Notes: generated by a model from the sequence alone, not told the origin. Numbered from the stretch's first letter, positions 9,602 through 19,634 are shown. The stretch is 43,549 nt of DNA from Actinomycetota bacterium (GCA_030841025.1 JAVEDJ010000309.1:1-43549), one strand, 5' to 3'. A program made the numbers and translations.

Positions 9602-10345
9602 CTGAAAGCCCCCGCCAACGATCAGCAGCGCCTGCTCGATGTACAGGCGCTGGACACGCGGATCGACCAGCTCGCGCACCGCCGTGAGACCTTGCCCGAG
9701 CATGCCGAGCTGCGCGAGCTCGAGACGACGATCGGCGCCCTGCGTGACCAGATCGTGGGCGCGGAGACCGAGGCCAGCGACGTCACCCGTGAGCTGGTCA
9801 AGGCCGAGGGCGACGTCGACCAGGTGCGAGCTCGGGCCGGCCGCGACCAGCAACGGCTCGACGCCGGTCAGGTCTCCTCGCCCAAAGAGCTCGAGGGCTT
9901 GCAGCACGAGATCGCGACGCTCGCCAGGCGGCAGAACGACCTCGAGGACGTCGTCCTGGAGGTCATGGAGCGGCTCGAGTCGGCACAGAGCCGCCAGGCA
10001 GAGCTGACGGCACAGCGCGAGCAGGCGGAGGCCCGAGTGGCCGCGCTGACCGCGTCGCGCGACCGCACGACCGTCGAGATCGACAACGAGGTCACGACGC
10101 TGCGCCAGCAGCGGGACACGCAGGCCGGTCGGATCGACGCCGACCTGGTCACGCTGTACGAGAAGATCCGGGCCCAGCAGGCCGGCATCGGGGCGGCCGA
10201 GCTGCGCCAGCGGCGGTGCAGCGGCTGCCGGCTCGAGCTGAACAACGTCGAGATCGGTCAGCTGCGAGCAGCGGACGACGACGAGGTGATGCGGTGCGAC
10301 GAGTGCCGGCGCATCCTCATCCGTACGTCCGAGTCCGGTCTCTAG
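9602..10345 (+). CDS. C4-type zinc-ribbon coiled-coil protein (DUF164 family), probable CTG start
   Basis: Long coiled coil plus CSGC...CDEC; usual position between nif3 and rnhA-cobC. The conserved-looking N-terminus KAPANDQQRLLDVQALD begins at CTG 9602, 6 nt after GGAG. Confidence 0.9.
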   Translation: MKAPANDQQRLLDVQALDTRIDQLAHRRETLPEHAELRELETTIGALRDQIVGAETEASDVTRELVKAEGDVDQVRARAGRDQQRLDAGQVSSPKELEGLQHEIATLARRQNDLEDVVLEVMERLESAQSRQAELTAQREQAEARVAALTASRDRTTVEIDNEVTTLRQQRDTQAGRIDADLVTLYEKIRAQQAGIGAAELRQRRCSGCRLELNNVEIGQLRAADDDEVMRCDECRRILIRTSESGL

Positions 10346-10349
10346 ACCC

Positions 10350-11522
10350 TTGACGCGATTCATCGTCGAGGCAGATGGGGGTTCGCGAGGGAACCCGGGG
10401 CCCGCTGCCTATGGCGCGGTGGTCCGGGACGCCGACACCGGTGAGGTGCTCGCGGAGCGAGCGGCGTACATCGGGACCGCCACCAACAACGTCGCGGAGT
10501 ATCGCGGGCTGATCGCCGGTCTCACGGCCGCACAGGAGATCGATCCCGCGGCACCGATCGAAGCGCGTCTGGACTCCAAGCTCGTCGTCGAGCAGATGTC
10601 CGGCCGCTGGAAGGTCAAGCACCCCGCGATGCGTCCGCTCGCCCTGGAGGCGCGCGACGTTGCGCCGCCGGAGCAGGTCACCTACACCTGGGTGCCCCGT
10701 GAACGGAACAAGCATGCGGACCGGCTGGCCAACGAGGCGCTCGACGCCACAGCGCGCGGCGAGGTGTGGTCCGAGTCGCAGAGCAGCGCGGCGCTCGATG
10801 TCGGTGCCGGGCCGTTCGTCGACGAGCCGTCGGTCGACGAGGCCGAGGTCGAGCCGCCGCCGGCCAGGACGCTGGTCGGGTGGGACGTCGGGCTAGGGAC
10901 TCCCACCGCGTTCGTCCTGCTGCGTCACGGGGAGACGGTGCACACCGGGGAGAAGCGCTTCAGTGGCAGCGGCAGCGCGGACCCGCCCCTGACCCCGACC
11001 GGTGAGGAACAGGCCCGCCGGGCGGCGCAGCTGCTGACCACCCGCGGCATCACGGCGATCGTCAGCTCGCCGTTGCAGCGCGCGAGGCAGACCGCCGACA
11101 TCGTCGCGGCGACCTTGAAGCTGCCGGTCCGGGTCGTGGACGACGTACGCGAGTGCGCGTTCGGCGAGTGGGAGGGACACACGTTCGCCGAGGTGCGCGA
11201 GCAGTGGCCGGACGAGCTGACCGCGTGGCTCGGATCGACCGCGGTGGCTCCACCGGCCGGCGAGTCGTTCGACGTTGTCGACACACGGGTCTGCCGCGCG
11301 CGCGATCAGATCATCGCGCGGTACCCGGGGGCCCGTGTGCTGGTGGTCTCGCACGTGACGCCCATCAAGGTGCTGGTGCGCCATGCGCTGGAGGCACCAC
11401 CCGCCGCGCTGTACCGGATGGAGCTCTCGCCTGCGTCGGTGACGGAGATCGAGTGGTTCACCAACGGCACGGCCTCGATGCGCTCCTTCAACGAAGCCGC
11501 TCACCTGCCGCCCTCGGCCTGA
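10350..11522 (+). CDS. Bifunctional RNase HI / histidine (acid) phosphatase
   Basis: EADGGSRGNPG, TNNVAEY, DSKLVVEQMSG, N.HAD.LAN (RNase HI); LLRHGET and VSHVTPIK (histidine phosphatase). Confidence 0.95.
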   Translation: MTRFIVEADGGSRGNPGPAAYGAVVRDADTGEVLAERAAYIGTATNNVAEYRGLIAGLTAAQEIDPAAPIEARLDSKLVVEQMSGRWKVKHPAMRPLALEARDVAPPEQVTYTWVPRERNKHADRLANEALDATARGEVWSESQSSAALDVGAGPFVDEPSVDEAEVEPPPARTLVGWDVGLGTPTAFVLLRHGETVHTGEKRFSGSGSADPPLTPTGEEQARRAAQLLTTRGITAIVSSPLQRARQTADIVAATLKLPVRVVDDVRECAFGEWEGHTFAEVREQWPDELTAWLGSTAVAPPAGESFDVVDTRVCRARDQIIARYPGARVLVVSHVTPIKVLVRHALEAPPAALYRMELSPASVTEIEWFTNGTASMRSFNEAAHLPPSA

Positions 11523-11611
11523 GCCGCCCGCCCCCACCCGCTGCGTCGATCATGCAGCAAGGGACACCATTGGCCCCGCGTTGGGACATGGCGCCCGGGC
11601 CCGTCCAGGCC

Positions 11612-12751
11612 TCAACTGACGGCGAGGGCTGCTGTGGTGGCCACGAGCACGATCGGTACGCCCAGAAGGCCGACGGCGGCAAAGTGTCGTGCGGACACCT
11701 CGACGCCCCGCGCCTTGCATCGCTCGCGCCACAGCAACGTGGCCAGTGACCCCCACAGCAGGACGAGCGGACCCACGTTGGTACCGATCAGCAGAGCCAG
11801 CAGCCGGACGGGCGAGGCACCCGCCGCATCGGGCTCCACGACCAGGTACGCGGGCAGGTTGTTGAGCAGGTTGCTGGCCACCGCCCCGACACCGGCGATC
11901 TGCAAGAGGTCGAAGCCGCCGTCACCGTGTCCCGTCACGGATGCGACGACGCGGTCCCCGCCGTGACGCAGGAACGCCTCAACCACCAGAGCGAGCCCCA
12001 GGACCAGCACAGCAAGTCGCCAGGGAACCAACCGAAAGCCCAGGGCGTCGCGGCGTCGTACGGCGAAGACCATGACCAGCAGCGCGGCCGCCACCGCCAC
12101 CACGACCGTGGGATCGCCCCCAAGCAGCAGCGCCGGCACGAGACCGAGGCATGCCGCGGCCGTCAGCACGAACAGCGGGCCGTCGTCGACCTGCGGGCGG
12201 GCCGCAGCCACGTACCTGCCGCGGACCTCATGCCGATAAACCAGCCCCAGCACCAGCACCGTCGCCACGACAGCGACCAGCGTCGGGAACCACATCCGGG
12301 TGAGGAACTCGTGCGGCTCCAGCTGCAGGCGCCGCAGCGCGAGCAGGTTCGTGAGGTTGGAGACCGGCAGCAGGAGGCTCGCCGTGTTGGCCAGCCACAC
12401 CGTGACCATCGCGAAGGGCAGCGGTGAGATCTCCAGCTGCTGGGCAAGCGACAGCACGACGGGCGTCAACAGCACGGCGGTGGTGTCCAGCCCGAGGAGG
12501 CCGGTCGTCGCTGTGGCAAGCAGGGCTACAAGCAGGAACAGCAGCGGCGTCCGCCCCCGCGCCAGGTGTGCCGCCTCGGCGGCAGCGACGTCGAAGACCA
12601 ACGCGACCTCGGCGAGCTCGGCGAGCACCGTGATCGCGACGAGGAACAGCAGGATCGGGGCCATCCGTCGCCCCACGTCCGCGGCGTCGTCCCACGGCAG
12701 CAGGCCGGTGGCCAGGACCGCGACGGCCGCGAGGGTGGTGAAGCGCCACAC
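11612..12751 (-). CDS. ArsB/NhaD/SLC13-type membrane transporter
   Basis: LDTTAVLLTPVV, LANTASLLLPVSNLTN, SNLLNNLPAY, GTNVGP; GAGGA RBS before GTG 12751. The 747-aa track ORF is over-extended. Confidence 0.88.
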   Translation of the reverse strand: MWRFTTLAAVAVLATGLLPWDDAADVGRRMAPILLFLVAITVLAELAEVALVFDVAAAEAAHLARGRTPLLFLLVALLATATTGLLGLDTTAVLLTPVVLSLAQQLEISPLPFAMVTVWLANTASLLLPVSNLTNLLALRRLQLEPHEFLTRMWFPTLVAVVATVLVLGLVYRHEVRGRYVAAARPQVDDGPLFVLTAAACLGLVPALLLGGDPTVVVAVAAALLVMVFAVRRRDALGFRLVPWRLAVLVLGLALVVEAFLRHGGDRVVASVTGHGDGGFDLLQIAGVGAVASNLLNNLPAYLVVEPDAAGASPVRLLALLIGTNVGPLVLLWGSLATLLWRERCKARGVEVSARHFAAVGLLGVPIVLVATTAALAVS

Positions 12752-12817
12752 GGTGTCCTCGGGCCTCCTTGGCTCGTTGGTGCGCACCCTATGAGGTGGG
12801 CTGCGTAGGCTGCCGGG

Positions 12818-14239
12818 ATGCCTCGTCGTCATCTCCGACTCCGCATCGTCGACGGCGCCCAGCTGCGGGCCGGATTCGCGAAGATCCGCACCGAGCTGGA
12901 GCTGCCCCGGGAGTTTCCCAAGGCGGTGGAGGCCGAGGCGGCTGAGGCCGCGCGGCAGCCAGCCCTTCCGTCGTACGACGTCTCCACGTTGCCGTTCCTG
13001 ACCATCGATCCGGCGGGTTCGATGGACCTGGACCAGGCGATGCACGTCGAGCGGCGCGACGGCGGCTACCGCGTCCGCTACGCCATCGCTGACGTGGCAG
13101 CATTCGTGAAGCCCGGGGGAGCGATCGACGTCGAGGCCCGGCGCCGGGGCGAGACCCTCTACAGCCCCGACACGAGGACGCCGCTGCATCCGCCGTCGCT
13201 CTCCGAAGGCGCGGCGTCTCTGCTGCCGGGAGAGCTGCGGCCGGCGCTGCTCTGGACCATCGACCTCGACGGCGCGGGGGAGGAGCGCGAGGTCGACGTA
13301 CGACGCGCGGTGGTGCGGTCTGTGGACCGCTTCGACTACGCCGAGGTGCAGGCCGCCATAGACAGCGGTACGGACGACGAACGACTGTTGCTGCTCGCCG
13401 AGGTCGGCAAGCTCCGCAAGGAGCAGGAGATCGAGCGCGGCGGCGTGAGCCTGCCGATCCCCGAGCAGGAGATCATCGAGGACAACGGACACTTCCGCCT
13501 GAGCTACCGGGTGCCGCTGCCGGTCGAGTCGTGGAACGAGCAGATCTCCCTGTTGACCGGCATGTCCGCGGCCGGCCTCATGCTGCACGCCGAGATTGGC
13601 GTGCTGCGCACGTTGCCGAAGGCCCCCGAGGAGGAGATCCGCAAGCTGCGCCGCGCCGCCCAGATGCTCGACGTCGAGTGGCCGGACGGGACGTCGTACG
13701 CAGAGGTCATCCGCGGTCTCGACCCGACGAACCCCCGACATGCCGCGCTGCTCGAGGACGCGACGACGCTGTTGCGGGGCGCCGGCTACACCGCCTTCGA
13801 CGGCGGGATCCCGGAGCGCGCCACGCATGCGGCCGTGGCGGCGGCGTACGCGCATGCGACTGCCCCGCTGCGCCGCCTGGTGGACCGCTTCGTCGGTGAG
13901 GTCTGCGTGGCGGTGTGCGCCGGCCAGCAGGTGCCGGACTGGGTGCGCTCGGCCCTGCCCGAGCTGCCCGGCCGGATGGCCGAGTGCGACCGGCGAGCGG
14001 GCGAGCTCGAGCGTGCGTGTGTCGCGCTGATGGAGGCCGCCGTGTTGCAGGACTCCGTCGGACAGGTGTTCGAGGCGGCCGTGGTCGACGTCAGCGACAA
14101 GGGCGGCGGCACGGTGCAGCTACGTGATCCCGCGGTACGGGCGCCCTGCGACGGTCAGCTGCCGCTGGGAGAGGTCGTGCGCGTACGGCTGGCCGAGGCC
14201 GATGTCGACAGGCGGTCGGTGCGCTTCACCCTCGCCTGA
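12818..14239 (+). CDS. RNB-domain exoribonuclease (RNase II/R family)
   Basis: TIDPAGSMDLDQA, YAIADV, RRGETLY, YAHATAPLRRLVD. Confidence 0.93.
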   Translation: MPRRHLRLRIVDGAQLRAGFAKIRTELELPREFPKAVEAEAAEAARQPALPSYDVSTLPFLTIDPAGSMDLDQAMHVERRDGGYRVRYAIADVAAFVKPGGAIDVEARRRGETLYSPDTRTPLHPPSLSEGAASLLPGELRPALLWTIDLDGAGEEREVDVRRAVVRSVDRFDYAEVQAAIDSGTDDERLLLLAEVGKLRKEQEIERGGVSLPIPEQEIIEDNGHFRLSYRVPLPVESWNEQISLLTGMSAAGLMLHAEIGVLRTLPKAPEEEIRKLRRAAQMLDVEWPDGTSYAEVIRGLDPTNPRHAALLEDATTLLRGAGYTAFDGGIPERATHAAVAAAYAHATAPLRRLVDRFVGEVCVAVCAGQQVPDWVRSALPELPGRMAECDRRAGELERACVALMEAAVLQDSVGQVFEAAVVDVSDKGGGTVQLRDPAVRAPCDGQLPLGEVVRVRLAEADVDRRSVRFTLA

Positions 14240-14259
14240 GGGCGACTACTCTGGAGGTA

Positions 14260-14642
14260 CGGCGGACGAGTCGGCCGGGCGACCGCGTCGAGAGCCTTCG
14301 GGCTCTCGCCGAGGAAAGTCCGGGCTCCACAGAGCAAGGTGGTGGGCAACACCCACCCGGGGTGACCCGCGGGAAAGTGCCACAGAGAACAGACCGCCGC
14401 CGGCCTCGGCCGGCGGTAAGGGTGAAACGGTGGTGTAAGAGACCACCAGCGCCCAGGGCGACCTGGGCGGCTCGGCAAACCCCACCTGGAGCAAGGTCAG
14501 ACAGGGAGCGTTCGAGGGCTGCTCGCCCGAGCTCCCGGGTAGACCGCACGAGGCTGTCGGCAACGGCAGCCCTAGATGGATGGTCGCCCGGCCGTCTTCG
14601 GACGGCCGACAGAACCCGGCTTACAGGCCGGCTCGTCCGCCG
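14260..14642 (+). ncRNA. rnpB: RNase P RNA, bacterial class A
   Basis: GAGGAAAGTCCGGGCTC, GAAAGTGCCACAGA, GGGTGAAACGGTGGTGTAAGAG and ACAGAACCCGGCTTA signatures; terminal helix CGGCGGACGAG/CTCGTCCGCCG; TACTCT -10 at 14247-14252. Confidence 0.97.
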
Positions 14643-14756
14643 CCTGAGCTCTGGTCGCGCGTGCGGCACGTCCAGCCTCCGGCACCGTCCCAGGGGGCGG
14701 ATGGTCGGGTGAAATGGTGATGGTCGAGGGTCCCGAAAGGGTGCGAGGATGCGTGC

Positions 14757-14978
14757 ATGGACGAGACCCAGTACGCGATGCTCGAGGACGGCAACTCCGA
14801 TGGTCAGGTCCGTAGGGTGCCCGCGGGGGCCGCGCCGTCACTCCGCGTAGGCGTCGAGCTGGGCGGGGAGCGCTGGACCGAGCTGTACCTCACCAGCAAC
14901 GGCCGGACAGTCGAGGACCCCGTGCACGGCACGATCCCCGTCCTCGTGTTCCGCCAGCGCCTGCACGCCTCGAGCTGA
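14757..14978 (+). CDS. Hypothetical protein (73 aa)
   Basis: GAGGA RBS, protein-like composition, high GC3, fills the gap after rnpB. Confidence 0.55.
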   Translation: MDETQYAMLEDGNSDGQVRRVPAGAAPSLRVGVELGGERWTELYLTSNGRTVEDPVHGTIPVLVFRQRLHASS

Positions 14979-15031
14979 ACGACGCGCAGGCTGCTCCACA
15001 GCTCCAGTCAGCCCCGGCCGCGGGGTGGTTC

Positions 15032-15580
15032 TCATCCGAACGGCGAGTTGAGCCCGTGCTTGTCCACGAGCTCGGGTACCCAGGTGGGGTCGAAGAACAA
15101 CCCGTACGACGCCGCGAGCGTCTCGAGTGCCGCTGGATGGGGCGGGCCGGCCGCGATCATGTCGGCCAGCTCGAGGAAGAAGCGTTCGAAGCCGGCCGGC
15201 GTGATGATTTCGATCATGCGCGCCTCCTCGGGCCCGGCATTCCACATCGTGTGCAGCTCGCCGCGCGGCTTGCTGATGTAGCCACCGGGCTCGAGGGTCA
15301 CCTCGTCGGTCCCGGACCGAAAACCGATCGCTCCGGCGGTCACGATGGAGAACTCGTCCTCCCGGGTGTGCACGTGGGGCGGCACGAGCGCCCCCGGCGG
15401 GAACGGGTGCTCGACGATGGCGACCTGGCCCCCGGTCTGCTCGCCACCGAGCCGGAACCCGACGCTGATCGAACCGATGGGCCGGTCCGGTGCGTGCGGG
15501 CCCGGCAGCACCGTGAGCGGCAGGAGGCGGCCGGCCGCGGTCGCCTCCTGGAAGGTGGTGGGGACTGACGTCGCGGTCAT
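15032..15580 (-). CDS. Cupin-domain protein
   Basis: VPPHVHTREDE and KPRGELHTMWN cupin motifs; GAGGGAG RBS before ATG 15580. Confidence 0.9.
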   Translation of the reverse strand: MTATSVPTTFQEATAAGRLLPLTVLPGPHAPDRPIGSISVGFRLGGEQTGGQVAIVEHPFPPGALVPPHVHTREDEFSIVTAGAIGFRSGTDEVTLEPGGYISKPRGELHTMWNAGPEEARMIEIITPAGFERFFLELADMIAAGPPHPAALETLAASYGLFFDPTWVPELVDKHGLNSPFG

Positions 15581-15643
15581 GCGCGGCTCCCTCGAGGTGT
15601 GCGGTGGTCGTGACGTCGCCAGGCGACTTCGTTGACCATGGAT

Positions 15644-15665
15644 GTACACTCGAATTCAGATGTAC
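15644..15665. promoter_or_regulatory. Candidate TetR operator
   Basis: Imperfect palindrome GTACA-CTC-GAATTC-AGA-TGTAC between the divergent cupin and TetR genes. Confidence 0.55.
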
Positions 15666-15689
15666 TCCTGAACGACGGAGGCGTCAAGG

Positions 15690-16337
15690 TTGGAAGAACA
15701 GCAAAGTTCACCGAAAGTGCGCGGTTACACGATGCGCGCCCGCCAGGAGAGCGTGGAACAAACGCGCCTGCGGATCACCCTGGCGACGATGCGGTTGCAC
15801 GAGCGGGTCGGCCCTGCCGCCACCACGGTGTCCGCGATCGCGGACGAGGCGGGTGTCACGCGGCTGACTGTCTACCGGCACTTTCCCGACGACGAGGCGT
15901 TGGTCAAAGCCTGTTCGGGACACTGGCGGACCCTGCACCCTCGCCCAGACGTGGACGCCTGGTCACGGATCGCGGACCCGGTTCAACGACTGCGGGTGGC
16001 CCTGGCCGAGACCTACGCATGGGCCCGCACCGCCGCAGCGATGATGACGAAGATCTACCGTGATCTCGACGCGATGCCGGCCTTCGTGGGCGAGTTCCTG
16101 GCGCAGGACGAGCGGTCCCGGGTGGCGGCCCTCGCTACGGGCTTCCGAGCGCGGGGCTCTGTCCGCCGTCTCCAGGCAGTGTTGGCACACGCCCTGCACA
16201 TCCGGACCTGGGAGTCGCTGTGCGTCGACGGCGGGCTGGCCGACGACGAGACGGTCGAGCTCATGGTCGCCGCCGTGCTGGCCGCGGTCCAAGCGCCGAC
16301 TGCAGCCACGGACGCGAGCCGCGTCAGGCCAGCGTGA
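15690..16337 (+). CDS. TetR/AcrR family regulator
   Basis: [24 protein letters not shown]; GGAGG before TTG 15690 (ATG 15732 is an alternative start). Confidence 0.9.
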   Translation: MEEQQSSPKVRGYTMRARQESVEQTRLRITLATMRLHERVGPAATTVSAIADEAGVTRLTVYRHFPDDEALVKACSGHWRTLHPRPDVDAWSRIADPVQRLRVALAETYAWARTAAAMMTKIYRDLDAMPAFVGEFLAQDERSRVAALATGFRARGSVRRLQAVLAHALHIRTWESLCVDGGLADDETVELMVAAVLAAVQAPTAATDASRVRPA

Positions 16338-17172
16338 GGATCTCCGCGCCGGCATCGGTCACGAGCAACGTGTGCTCGAACTGCGCCGACCGTTGGCGGT
16401 CCTTCGTGACGACCGTCCACCCGTCATCCCACATGTCCCAAGCGTGCGTACCCAGGTTGAGCATCGGCTCGATGGTGAACGTCATGCCGGGCTGCATGAT
16501 CGTGTCGTGGTCAGGGTCGTCGTAGTGCGGCACGACAAGACCCGAGTGGAAGGCCGTGCCGATGCCGTGCCCGGTGAAGTCGCGCACCACGCCGTAGCCG
16601 AAGCGTCGGGCGTAGGACTCGATGACCCGACCGATGACATTGATCGGCCGCCCGGGCCGCACCGCCCTGATTGCTCGGTTGAGGGACTCCTGCGTGCGCT
16701 CGACGAGCAGGCGTGACTCCTCGTCGACGTCGCCCACGAGGTAGGTGGCGTCCGTGTCCCCGTGCACGCCGCCGATGAAGGCCGTGATGTCGATGTTGAC
16801 GATGTCGCCGTCCTGCAGCACGGTCGAGTCGGGGATGCCGTGGCAGACCACCTCGTTGATCGACGTGCACAGCGACTTGGGGAAGCCTCGGTAGCCCAGC
16901 GTCGAGGGATAGGCGCCGTGATCGCTGAGGAACTCGTGACCGATGCGATCCAGCTCGTCCGTCGTCACCCCGGGCGCGATGTGCTCGGCCACCGCATTCA
17001 TCGCCTGCGCCGCCAGTCGGCCCGCGACCCGCATCCGCTCGATGGTCTCCGCGTCCTTCACCTCGGAGCCGGTGAAGCGCTCTGGTCGCTCCCGGCCGAC
17101 GTAGGGAGGGCGCTCGATGGAGCTGGGGACATCTCGGATCGGTGACAGCCGACCGGGCGAAACAACAGGCAT
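16324..17172 (-). CDS. map: Type I methionine aminopeptidase
   Basis: [44 protein letters not shown]. Confidence 0.97.
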   Translation of the reverse strand: MPVVSPGRLSPIRDVPSSIERPPYVGRERPERFTGSEVKDAETIERMRVAGRLAAQAMNAVAEHIAPGVTTDELDRIGHEFLSDHGAYPSTLGYRGFPKSLCTSINEVVCHGIPDSTVLQDGDIVNIDITAFIGGVHGDTDATYLVGDVDEESRLLVERTQESLNRAIRAVRPGRPINVIGRVIESYARRFGYGVVRDFTGHGIGTAFHSGLVVPHYDDPDHDTIMQPGMTFTIEPMLNLGTHAWDMWDDGWTVVTKDRQRSAQFEHTLLVTDAGAEILTLA

Positions 17173-17207
17173 GGTGCAGAAGTCTAGTTTGCGGGCACGA
17201 TGACCTC

Positions 17208-17390
17208 ATGAGCGATGACCAGCAGTGGTGGTACTGCCTCAAGCACGAAGCGGTGGAGCGCGGGGACGGGTGCGGCAACACGGACCGGTTAGGCCCCTAC
17301 GCGAGCTCGGAGGAGGCCGCGCGGGCCTACCAAAAGGTGGCGGAGCGTAACGAGGCGTGGGACAACGACCCCCAGTGGAACGACGACTGA
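17208..17390 (+). CDS. Small conserved actinobacterial protein (WWYCLKH...C...RLGPY)
   Basis: 60 aa, divergent from map, C-x2-H...C motif; ATG 6 nt after CACGAT, consistent with a leaderless start. Confidence 0.8.
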   Translation: MSDDQQWWYCLKHEAVERGDGCGNTDRLGPYASSEEAARAYQKVAERNEAWDNDPQWNDD

Positions 17391-17435
17391 GGCGGCCACA
17401 CCGGCCAGGGTGCCTTGGCCTGGGACAACAGGCAA

Positions 17436-17470
17436 GAGAGAGGGGCCGCCCACCGGGCGGCCCCTCTCTC
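17436..17470. terminator. Intrinsic terminator, probably bidirectional
   Basis: Perfect 16-bp stem GAGAGAGGGGCCGCCC-ACC-GGGCGGCCCCTCTCTC between convergent genes. Confidence 0.85.
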
Positions 17471-17488
17471 GTGCTCTTTCCGTCGGCG

Positions 17489-17959
17489 TCAGCGCTTTGC
17501 GGCGCGCTTCGCCGTGGACTTCTTGGCGGTCCGCTTGGCAGCGGTCTTGCGGGTCGTCGTCTTCTTCGCCGTGGCCTTCTTGGCCGTCCGCTTGGCCGCG
17601 GTCTTGCGCGTGGTCGCCTTCTTGGCGGTGCGCTTCGCCGCGGTCTTCTTGGCCGTTGTCTTCTTGGCCGTTGTCTTCTTCGCCGCGGTCTTCTTGGTGG
17701 CGCGCTTGGTTGCAGCCTTCTTGGCGGTCCGCTTGGCTGCGGTCTTCTTGGTCGCGCGGGTCGCTGCAGCCTTCTTCGCGGTGCGCTTGGCTGCGGTCTT
17801 CTTGGTCGCGCGGGTTGCGGCTGCCTTCTTGGCGCCGCGCTTGGCCGCAGTCTTCTTGGCTGCCGACTTCTTGGTCGCTCGTGCGGTGGTGGTCTTCCGC
17901 GTGGAACTGCTTGCGGCTTGAGTCACCTTCGTTGTGTTCTCTTCTTCTTTGGCCGGCAC
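17489..17959 (-). CDS. Histone H1-like Lys/Ala/Thr-rich basic protein
   Basis: GGAGG RBS before GTG 17959; almost entirely KKTAAK/KRTAKK/TRAT repeats; strong terminator downstream. Confidence 0.85.
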   Translation of the reverse strand: MPAKEEENTTKVTQAASSSTRKTTTARATKKSAAKKTAAKRGAKKAAATRATKKTAAKRTAKKAAATRATKKTAAKRTAKKAATKRATKKTAAKKTTAKKTTAKKTAAKRTAKKATTRKTAAKRTAKKATAKKTTTRKTAAKRTAKKSTAKRAAKR

Positions 17960-18186
17960 GCGTGCCTCCTGTGCTCGAGACGTCAAACCCCCTTGGTCGA
18001 CGTTCTTCACTCGAAAAGATCGCACTGTGTTGCGCTCGTTACCAGTATTTAGACGACACAGTTTTTGGCGCCGTTTGCGCGTGCATCAAGGACCGCACAT
18101 GTTCGCAGCAATACATCAGTCGGCGACACCGCAAAAAGTCGTTGCGCAGCAACCAGAATTCGCAGTCAACAAAACGAGAGAACCGG

Positions 18187-18801
18187 TCATCGCTCGGGTG
18201 CGGGCCCACTGACGCGTTCAAGAAGTTGTGACAACCGATCGCGTAGTTTTCGGCGTTGGTCGCCTTCGCCGGCCGCAACACTGACGAGATGCTGCACCGC
18301 GTCGAAGTCGACGGACACAAGACTCATGTCGACATCAGTCGCGATGTCGAGCTGTCTCGTCGGCACGTAGAGGCGGTCATGCGCGAGCCCCGCGAGGTCG
18401 TCATCGCCCTCGTCGATCGACAGGATCGTTGCGCCGATACGTCGTGCATCGGCGACACGTTCCAGCAGCTGCTCCGGGACGGCATCGGGGGCGACTACGA
18501 ACAACGTCTCGCCGCGCGCGGCAGCCTCGATGCGGTCGAGTCCGACGGCGAGATGTGCCGGAGCATTCGCGGGCGGTGACCACCGCACCAAGGTGGGTGA
18601 GAGCTCTGGTACCCCCGCGAACCGGGACTCGTCGCTGAGGTGGGCGGCGAGGTGCCACGGCTCCTCCTTCGGCGTGCCGACCAGCAGCAACCCGCCCGGT
18701 CGCGCCGAACGACGCAACGAGCTGGCGAACTCGCGCGTCCGCTCCACCCAGCCCGACGTCGCCAAGAGCTCGCGCAGGACATGCACCCGCTGACTGTCCA
18801 C
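18187..18801 (-). CDS. Conserved actinobacterial hypothetical protein (possibly SIS-like)
   Basis: GGLLLVGTPKEEPWHLAAHL...LLERVADARRIGATILSI; start estimated at GTG 18801. Confidence 0.75.
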   Translation of the reverse strand: MDSQRVHVLRELLATSGWVERTREFASSLRRSARPGGLLLVGTPKEEPWHLAAHLSDESRFAGVPELSPTLVRWSPPANAPAHLAVGLDRIEAAARGETLFVVAPDAVPEQLLERVADARRIGATILSIDEGDDDLAGLAHDRLYVPTRQLDIATDVDMSLVSVDFDAVQHLVSVAAGEGDQRRKLRDRLSQLLERVSGPAPER

Positions 18802-18845
18802 ACGCACATGCTGCCCGACGGCACCCGCGCTGGCAGGATCGACAC

Positions 18846-19634
18846 GTGGCGCGCGCCGGAGACTCACGGATCGACGACCTGGGCAACCCGGTAGAAGTGC
18901 CCCGGGAGGTCCGCCGCGTGGTCTCTCTCGTCCCCTCACTCACCGAGTCTGTGGCCCTGAGCGCCCCCGGGCTGCTGATCGGGTCGACCGACTGGTGCAC
19001 CCACCCGCCGGACCTCGACGTCGCACGCGTCGGAGGCACCAAGAACCCGGACGTGGCAGCCGTGATCGCGCTGCGGCCGGACCTGGTGGTCGCCAACGAG
19101 GAGGAGAACCGCAATCAGGACCTCGCCGCCCTGCGGCAGGCCGGGCTGGCTGTCTGGGTCACCGCACCGACCACGATCCCCGAGGCTCTTGGGTCACTGG
19201 ACCGGATGCTCAGTGCCTGCCGGTTGTCCACCCCGCTTTGGCTACGGGACGCGGAGGAGACGTGGACAGCGCCGTACGACGGGCCGCGTCGCCGCGCGTT
19301 CGTGCCGATCTGGCGCCGGCCATGGATGTGCCTGGGGCGGGACACGTTCGCAGGTGACGTGCTCGACCGTCTGGGGATCGAGAACGTGTTCGGCGACGAC
19401 GTGGAGCGCTACCCGACGGTCAGGCTCGACGCCGTCCGGCAGCGGCGGCCCGATGTCGTCGTGCTGCCCGACGAGCCCTACGCCTTCACGCGCGAGGAGG
19501 GCCGTCAGGTGTTCGACGACTGGGGCGTTCCCGTTGTACACGTCTCGGGACGGCACCTCACCTGGTACGGACCTTCGCTGGTGGAGGCACGCGACCTTCT
19601 GACGGCTGCGCTCGACATCGCCGCTCAGCGGTAG
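18846..19634 (+). CDS. Helical-backbone metal receptor (BtuF-like; no signal peptide)
   Basis: [41 protein letters not shown]. Confidence 0.9.
   Translation: MARAGDSRIDDLGNPVEVPREVRRVVSLVPSLTESVALSAPGLLIGSTDWCTHPPDLDVARVGGTKNPDVAAVIALRPDLVVANEEENRNQDLAALRQAGLAVWVTAPTTIPEALGSLDRMLSACRLSTPLWLRDAEETWTAPYDGPRRRAFVPIWRRPWMCLGRDTFAGDVLDRLGIENVFGDDVERYPTVRLDAVRQRRPDVVVLPDEPYAFTREEGRQVFDDWGVPVVHVSGRHLTWYGPSLVEARDLLTAALDIAAQR

Noticed and set aside
10350-11522. RNase H-phosphatase fusion as a novelty
   Set aside because: This is a well-known actinobacterial fusion (RnhC/Rv2228c type) in its usual operon.
11612-13855. 747-aa ORF suggesting a fused transporter
   Set aside because: The N-terminal half is the antisense shadow of the RNB gene; the real start with RBS is at 12751.
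14124-14712. Several short ORFs over 14.1-14.7 kb
   Set aside because: They overlap the RNase P RNA gene.
17415-17921. Hydrophobic FLAVRLAAV-repeat ORF on the plus strand
   Set aside because: It is the antisense mirror of the Lys-rich histone-like gene, which has the RBS and terminator.
18802-18845. Cobalamin riboswitch ahead of the BtuF-like gene
   Set aside because: The intergenic gap is only about 44 bp and lacks a B12 box.
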